DNA of 32,000 nt. It comes from Synechocystis sp. PCC 6803 substr. PCC-P. Its GTDB lineage: Bacteria; Cyanobacteriota; Cyanobacteriia; Cyanobacteriales; Microcystaceae. The notes under the pieces were generated by a model, which saw only the letters and a list, made by a program, of their open reading frames with translations, ran no database searches and had not been told where the DNA came from. Positions 26,633 to 32,000 of the stretch are shown piece after piece (position 1 is the first letter of the stretch; each line of letters opens with the position of its first letter). The DNA lies in assembly GCF_000284455.1 (NCBI RefSeq), contig NC_017039.1, forward strand, positions 840,001-872,000, written 5' to 3'. Both the position numbers and the translations under genes were made by a program.

Positions 26633-27426
26633 AGTTCTGGCACAGCTTCTAGGGTAAGTTCATAGCGATATAGGGCAATGGGTTGGTGGCCAGCGGCGAA
26701 ATAATCGGGGTCCGTGGGGGACAAGTATACGGCGGTAACTTGACTGGCGCTGATTTTTCCCGGGCCAACATGGTGATAGTCAGTGGTAGTTTCCACCTGG
26801 TTGAGGTATTGGGTACTGCCAGCAATAAATTGTTGGTTGGTCAGCTCCGTGGCGAGAAAGTGCTCCGGGTCGGGACTCCTTTGGCTGTAACCTAGGACAG
26901 TGGAAACTAGTCGTTGATGTTGGGGAAAAACGGTGACTAGGCGGGGACTGGGTTGTTCTTTAACCTGGACAGTAACATTTATTTCTTCTCCGTCCTTACC
27001 CAAATAAGCCTGGGTGATGGCTTCAGCGTTAAAACGGCGATCGGGCACAATAACTGGTTCATTGTTGACCAAATCCGATAGGGCCCAGTTAAATTCCGGC
27101 AGGGGGGTTTGGTCGATGAATCTGACGGGAAATTCTATTGGTTGCTCCAGATAGGCGGCATTCTTAGCAAAGCCGGGGCTGACGATATCCGGGGCCAGGG
27201 GGGCTAGTTGTTCGACAAGAGTACTGGTGACCTGCCATGTGCCGGCAAACCATTCAGGATAACGAATTTCTCCCTTTCTTTGCTCTAGGGTGGGCAAATT
27301 AGACCACTGGGGATAGGCTTCCCATCGGTCAGGCAGTGATTCGGCCAAAGTGGGAGATCTTGCGATCCCTAGCCAAAGCAAGTTGCACAAAAATAGCACT
27401 GTCAAGCGAACCAAAAATCTAGACAA
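26629..27426 (-). CDS. Hypothetical exported protein (signal peptide, no recognisable domain)
   Basis: The ORF's TGA overlaps the kinase ATG in ATGA. The mature part starts after the signal-like SRFLVRLTVLFLCNLLWLGIARSPTLA-ES. I place the start at the TTG at 27426. The only ATG (27609) would overlap the helicase by 98 nt and add a Pro/Gly-rich 61 aa. The start is uncertain. Confidence 0.6.
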   Translation of the reverse strand: MSRFLVRLTVLFLCNLLWLGIARSPTLAESLPDRWEAYPQWSNLPTLEQRKGEIRYPEWFAGTWQVTSTLVEQLAPLAPDIVSPGFAKNAAYLEQPIEFPVRFIDQTPLPEFNWALSDLVNNEPVIVPDRRFNAEAITQAYLGKDGEEINVTVQVKEQPSPRLVTVFPQHQRLVSTVLGYSQRSPDPEHFLATELTNQQFIAGSTQYLNQVETTTDYHHVGPGKISASQVTAVYLSPTDPDYFAAGHQPIALYRYELTLEAVPEL

Positions 27427-27511
27427 AAATTTACCAAGACCGTTGTGGAGTGAGGCTTTGGGCCGATCGCCACGGCCACTGATGCCCTTGGATCCGATTA
27501 TAGTCCTTCCC

Positions 27512-29785
27512 CTAGGAACCAAAACGCTTTTGTAGGGCCAATAGGGCCTGGGATGGTTGTTTGGGTTGTAGTCGGGGGGATTTGCGGGCTTGCATTTGGT
27601 TCCAGGCAAAGGGCCCTTCCTGGGCGGCGGATAGCCACAATAAACGCTTGGCCCTGGTCATAGCGACGTAGAGTAGTCGGTATTCCTCTGCTTCCTTGAG
27701 GCGGCGGGCTTCTTGCCAAGCGGTGGCCGTGACCGGCAGGGCGATCGCCTGGGGCTTTTGCTGTTGGCGATGGTGTACCACGGTGCGAATTTGGGCCCTG
27801 GCCACCTCCGCTAGGGTAAACTGCCCCAAAAATTGCCCTCCCTTGGGTACCCATAAATCGCCAGGGAGGGTGTCCTGGTGCAAAAAGGGTAAAAACACAT
27901 AGTCCCAATCCAATCCCTTGGCCTTGTGCATGGTGATAATGGTGATTTGCCCCGGTCTGGTGTATTTTTCATCACTATCGCTGGCGATCGCCTCAAATTG
28001 TTCATCGTTGGCAATGGTGTGGAGTTCGCTGAGCAAATTTTTTAATGAGCGTTCGGGTTGGGTTTGTACCTGTAAACGTTCCGACAACTTTTGTAAGGTG
28101 GCTAAATCTGAGCTGTCATAGTTGAGGGCCAGACCCAAAAAAGCAATCAATTGATAGGCGGGCAGTTCCAGGCGGGCTTTGAGCAAACTACGACATAGGC
28201 CCTGGGCAGAAACCGCCGGGGAGGCCAGGGGAGGCATCAGGGGAGTGGGGTAGAGAAATTGTTCCGGCACCGCCGCCAAAGCATTTAAATCTTGAGTGGG
28301 AATTAGTTGGCGCTCCTGCAACACTGTTAAGGTGGCTTTGAGGAGATCGGGGGAATGGGGGCGGTCGATAAATTGTAAAAGACTAAGGATTTCCCCTGGT
28401 ATGCGGGAATTACGATCCTGGTCCCCCACGTCCAAAACCTTCAGTCCACCATCTTTTTCCACATCCTTCAGGCGATCGGCCACGAACCTTCCCTGGCGAT
28501 TTTCCCGTACTAAAATGGCAGCATTGTGGTGAGGATTGGCCAACAACAGGGGCACTAGCCGATGGCGAATTTGTTCTACTTCTTCATTGATATCTTGGGG
28601 AAAACGAATTTCCACTCCCCCATCGGTGGCCGGAGGATTGGGTTGGGGGTCCCCCGGTTCCACTGGACGAATTGCCTGGGGGCGGAAGGGTAAGGTCGCA
28701 TCCCCTTTGGGACCACTATTAAACCGTGCTTGCCAATCTTGGTTAACCCATTCCAGCAAGAAGTTGGCCGCCGCAATTACCTGTAAATTACTGCGCCCCG
28801 CCTGGTCCATGGTGGCGAAACTGCCCAAAGCCTGGCACCGTTGGCAAAATTGATCGAAATATACGGGGTCAGCGGGGGTAAAGCTAGAGTTAATGGCTTG
28901 ATTGGGGTCCCCCACCCGAATTAAACGAATGGTACCATCGGCGTTTTGGGCCAGCTTGGTCAGTAACTTTTCCTGCAGAGGGCTAGAGTCCTGGGCTTCA
29001 TCTTCAAAAACACCAAAAAATTGTTCCTGCCACTGGCGGCAAAGGTGGGGATCTTCTAGCACCCGCAGGGCGGCCAAAATCATGTCGTTATAGTCGATCC
29101 AATTTTTCGCCTCCATCAGGGCTTGGTAATGTTTGAACAAACCGGCTCCCATCAGCAGGAGTTCGCTACCGGGGGCAATGCGACCCATGTCCGCCACAGC
29201 CTGGGGAGAGAGGCCAGAACTTTTTGCTTCTGCCACCACAGTTTTGGTTAATTCAGGTAAAACTTCCGTGCTCAGCACCGCCTGCCGCCGCAGGGTTTCC
29301 GTTGTCTCCCCGTCAAAATTACCCGCTTCCACCAGGGTTTGATAGGTTTTAGGATTTTCCCGCCGCCATTGTTCCACCGCATCTTTGATCAAGCGATGGC
29401 CTTTTTGGGGCGAAACCAGGGTCTGTTGCTCCGGGTCTAGCCCCGATACTTCCGGATGGCGTAGGGCAATGCTGAGGGCTAAACCGTGGAGGGTCTGCAC
29501 CGTAAATCCCAAACTGGGTAAGCCCAAGGCCCGTAAACGTTGATTAACCTTGCCTTTGATGGCCGCCGCCGCTGAACGGGTGTAGGTCACAATCAGCAAT
29601 TTTTCCTGGTTATGTAAACCATGGTGGGCAATGGCGATCGCCGCCGCCACAGAAAGACTATGGGATTTGCCAGCCCCGGGCACGGCGGAAACGGCCATCT
29701 CTCCCCCATGCCAATCCGCCAGAGGTCGTTGACTGCTGCGTAAACTCTGGCGGAGTTGCTCTAGGTTCAGGGAAGTTTGATTCAT
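27512..29785 (-). CDS. UvrD/Rep-type superfamily-1 DNA helicase
   Basis: Walker A AVPGAGKSH, motif Ia IVTYTRSAA, motif II FEDEAQDSSP, motif III RVGDPNQAI and motif VI LYVAMTRAKRLLWLS. The start is taken at ATG 29785 (MNQTSLNLEQL). An in-frame ATG at 29824 is also possible. Confidence 0.85.
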   Translation of the reverse strand: MNQTSLNLEQLRQSLRSSQRPLADWHGGEMAVSAVPGAGKSHSLSVAAAIAIAHHGLHNQEKLLIVTYTRSAAAAIKGKVNQRLRALGLPSLGFTVQTLHGLALSIALRHPEVSGLDPEQQTLVSPQKGHRLIKDAVEQWRRENPKTYQTLVEAGNFDGETTETLRRQAVLSTEVLPELTKTVVAEAKSSGLSPQAVADMGRIAPGSELLLMGAGLFKHYQALMEAKNWIDYNDMILAALRVLEDPHLCRQWQEQFFGVFEDEAQDSSPLQEKLLTKLAQNADGTIRLIRVGDPNQAINSSFTPADPVYFDQFCQRCQALGSFATMDQAGRSNLQVIAAANFLLEWVNQDWQARFNSGPKGDATLPFRPQAIRPVEPGDPQPNPPATDGGVEIRFPQDINEEVEQIRHRLVPLLLANPHHNAAILVRENRQGRFVADRLKDVEKDGGLKVLDVGDQDRNSRIPGEILSLLQFIDRPHSPDLLKATLTVLQERQLIPTQDLNALAAVPEQFLYPTPLMPPLASPAVSAQGLCRSLLKARLELPAYQLIAFLGLALNYDSSDLATLQKLSERLQVQTQPERSLKNLLSELHTIANDEQFEAIASDSDEKYTRPGQITIITMHKAKGLDWDYVFLPFLHQDTLPGDLWVPKGGQFLGQFTLAEVARAQIRTVVHHRQQQKPQAIALPVTATAWQEARRLKEAEEYRLLYVAMTRAKRLLWLSAAQEGPFAWNQMQARKSPRLQPKQPSQALLALQKRFGS

Positions 29786-29922
29786 GGCGATCGCCGACGT
29801 TAGTGTTCCCCTCAATCTACCCATTGGCGCAACAAATTGACGTAGGTTTTGTTCAGTAAATCCAACTCAATGGTTTTGCCAGATTGTTTGAATAATGACT
29901 CTTGTACTATATCTAGGCGAAG

Positions 29923-32000
29923 CTACAACTTAATGCCCAAAACCTGGGTATGGGCTCCCCGGGCTTGGGTTACTCCAATGGTGCGTTCCGCCGCTTCAAT
30001 CATGGGACGACGGAGGCTCACCACAATAAATTGGGCTTGTTGGGCCTGTTTGCGGACCATTTTGGACAGTTTTTCCACATTGGCACCGTCCAAAAACATA
30101 TCCACTTCATCAAAGCCATAAAAAGGGGAGGGGCGGTAGCGTTGGAGGGCAAAAATGAAGCTTAGCGCAGTTAAGGATTTCTCTCCACCGGACATGGAAC
30201 TGAGGCGACGCACCGGTTTACCTTTGGGGTGGGCCACTAGGTTTAAACCCCCATTAAAAGGATCTTCCGCATCGTCTAATTGTAAGTAGCCGTCCCCATC
30301 AGAAAGTTCTGCAAAAATAATCTGAAAGTTTTTATTGACTGCATCAAAAGCATCTTGGAAAGAACGACGACGCAGGGTAGTAAAATTTTCAATCCTGAGG
30401 AGTAACTCGGTCCGTTCCCCGGCAATGGTTTGCAACTTTTCTGACAATTCCCCTAGGCGAGCTTCAGTTTTTTCATATTCTTGTAACGCCAGCATATTCA
30501 CCGGTTCCATGGCTTCCAAACGTTTTTGACCATTGCGAATGGATCGCTCTAATTCCTCCAAAATATTGGCAAAATCCAAGTTTGCTTCGTCCCGGTCTTG
30601 GAGCAGGGGAATTTCCGGCCAGGGATCGGGCAAATCCTGTTCTAATGCTTCCAATTGAGTTTGCAGTTGAGTTAAATTTTCCTGGTATTCCTGTTGATTA
30701 GTTTGTAACTTTTCCCATTGCCATTGCTGTTCCTGTTGTTGACTACGGAGCTGGTTAAGCTGAGTTTCTAGACGATCCCTTTCTTGCTTAGTACTACCCA
30801 ATTTTTCCGACAGTTTCGCCAACTGAGCTTCCGTGGTTTGGATAGCCCCATTCATTTCCGCCAAAGCTATTTTTAACTGCTCCTGTTCCTGGGCTAGGGT
30901 GAGATCCTGAGCTTGATGTTGGGCAATTTTTTCCTGGGCTTGGGCAATTTTTTCCTCTAGGCGTTGGCTACTATTCTGCAAATCCTTGAGGTGATCCTCC
31001 CCCTGGCGTAGGGCTTGCAATTGGCGTTGGTACTCCGCTTCCACGGTACGAATTTGGATCTGGATAGTTTGCCATTGTTGATGGGTTTGGGAAGTTTCCA
31101 AGGCAGTTAATTGTTGCTGAGCGGAGGCTAACTGTTGTTCCAAGGGCGGCAAAGATTGCTGCAACAAAGCTAAATTTTGTTGTAACTCTGCTAGTTTTTG
31201 CTGTTGATTAATTTGTTGTTGATTAATTTGTGTTTGCTGTTGACTGAGGCGTGCTATGTCTCGTTCCGTTTGTTCTCCGTGAAGTTGTGCTTCCCGTTGT
31301 TGTTGCCGCATTTCCATCAACTGTTGAGTTAACTGCCTACTACGAACTGTTCTTTCTAGCAATAACTCTTCGTTACGGCCTTGGACTTGCTGAATGTCCT
31401 GTAACCGTTGACGCAACTGTTTCACTTCTGCCGTATCTTCACTGACCATGGTGCCGAACCGTAGTCCTGAGCGTTGGTTGCGACTGCCGCCACTCATGGC
31501 TCCACTGGCTTCTAGTAAATCTCCCTCTAGGGTGACAATGCGATGCTTGCCCAGGTGGTTGCGGGCGTTAACTAAGGTGTCAAAAACGATGGTATTGCCA
31601 AAGATAAAAGCAAAAATGTCGGCGTAACGGCGATCGCCGTCGATTAAATTCACTGCCAGGTCAATGTAACCATGGGCATAACTAAGGTTGGGATTTTGAC
31701 CCTTGGGAGGACGAATTTTATTCAGGGGTAAAAAAGTGGCCCGTCCTGCTTTGGCCTGTTTGAGGATTTCAATGCCCGCCGCCGCCACACCATCATCTTC
31801 CACAACAAGAAAACCCAAACGGCCCCCGGCCGCAATTTCCAGAGCCAGTTGATATTGGGGCTCCACCTGACCCAATTGGGCCACTAAACCGCAGACCCCG
31901 GGTAAATCCGACTGCAAAATCACTTTGGTGGCGTAGGTGCCCTGCACTTCCTGCTGAGCTTGACTAGCCGCTTCTAATTTGTCCAATTGCCGTTGTTTTT
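29923..32000 (-). CDS. smc: Chromosome partition protein SMC, C-terminal ~690 aa (gene continues past the right edge)
   Basis: The reading frame is open to position 32000. It shows the hinge region (GFLVVEDDGVAAAGIEILK), a long Gln/Leu-rich coiled coil, the ABC signature LSSMSGGEKSLTALSFIFAL and the Walker B/D-loop PFYGFDEVDMFLD. Confidence 0.93.
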   Translation of the reverse strand, partial: KQRQLDKLEAASQAQQEVQGTYATKVILQSDLPGVCGLVAQLGQVEPQYQLALEIAAGGRLGFLVVEDDGVAAAGIEILKQAKAGRATFLPLNKIRPPKGQNPNLSYAHGYIDLAVNLIDGDRRYADIFAFIFGNTIVFDTLVNARNHLGKHRIVTLEGDLLEASGAMSGGSRNQRSGLRFGTMVSEDTAEVKQLRQRLQDIQQVQGRNEELLLERTVRSRQLTQQLMEMRQQQREAQLHGEQTERDIARLSQQQTQINQQQINQQQKLAELQQNLALLQQSLPPLEQQLASAQQQLTALETSQTHQQWQTIQIQIRTVEAEYQRQLQALRQGEDHLKDLQNSSQRLEEKIAQAQEKIAQHQAQDLTLAQEQEQLKIALAEMNGAIQTTEAQLAKLSEKLGSTKQERDRLETQLNQLRSQQQEQQWQWEKLQTNQQEYQENLTQLQTQLEALEQDLPDPWPEIPLLQDRDEANLDFANILEELERSIRNGQKRLEAMEPVNMLALQEYEKTEARLGELSEKLQTIAGERTELLLRIENFTTLRRRSFQDAFDAVNKNFQIIFAELSDGDGYLQLDDAEDPFNGGLNLVAHPKGKPVRRLSSMSGGEKSLTALSFIFALQRYRPSPFYGFDEVDMFLDGANVEKLSKMVRKQAQQAQFIVVSLRRPMIEAAERTIGVTQARGAHTQVLGIKL

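Noticed and set aside
27427-27908. ATG extension of the exported hypothetical (to 27609) and a 136-aa ORF at 27498-27908
   Set aside because: Both overlap the 3' end of the helicase gene in other frames and encode Pro/Gly/Arg-rich low-complexity sequence. The signal peptide of the real protein begins downstream.
1-32000. Search for tRNA, rRNA, CRISPR arrays, integrases, toxin-antitoxin pairs or defence-system genes
   Set aside because: I saw no cloverleaf-like sequences, no regularly spaced direct repeats, and no ORFs with such motifs. Every ORF over about 90 aa that is not a shadow of a conserved gene is accounted for above.

Overview
The window looks like a cyanobacterial chromosome, most likely Synechocystis sp. 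PCC 6803 or a close relative. I recognise this from memory and ran no search. The cues are 23 copies of the HIP1 palindrome GCGATCGC, the gene order and the IS types. Almost all of it is core housekeeping DNA. From left to right it contains the following. (1) Minus strand: the distal part of the large ribosomal-protein operon, rplC-rplD-rplW-rplB-rpsS-rplV'. (2) A 490-bp divergent control region, then a Dps-family gene. (3) A mixed block: ycf21/chorismate-lyase-like, a metallophosphoesterase, a small conserved hypothetical, cytochrome c6 (petJ), an orphan sugar-type ABC binding lipoprotein, argB, a solitary ureF, a conserved hypothetical and an orphan ABC ATPase. (4) Two different, apparently intact insertion sequences lying tail to tail only 7 bp apart (IS1 family, 802 bp; IS5 family, 908 bp). 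Each has a recognisable programmed -1 frameshift site. (5) Minus strand: rpsT-tatD-rpoB-rpoC2, with rpoB followed directly by rpoC2 and no rpoC1. (6) Minus strand: smc' (partial), a UvrD-like helicase, a signal-peptide protein, and a 1371-aa soluble CBS/PAS/GAF histidine kinase. I found no rRNA, tRNA, CRISPR array, prophage or recognisable defence island, and I cannot honestly point to a clear new system. The most unusual points are the missing rpoC1 with a hairpin in its place, the IS pair abutting an ABC ATPase that lacks its permeases, several unexplained palindromes in promoter regions, and the secreted-protein/kinase translational coupling.
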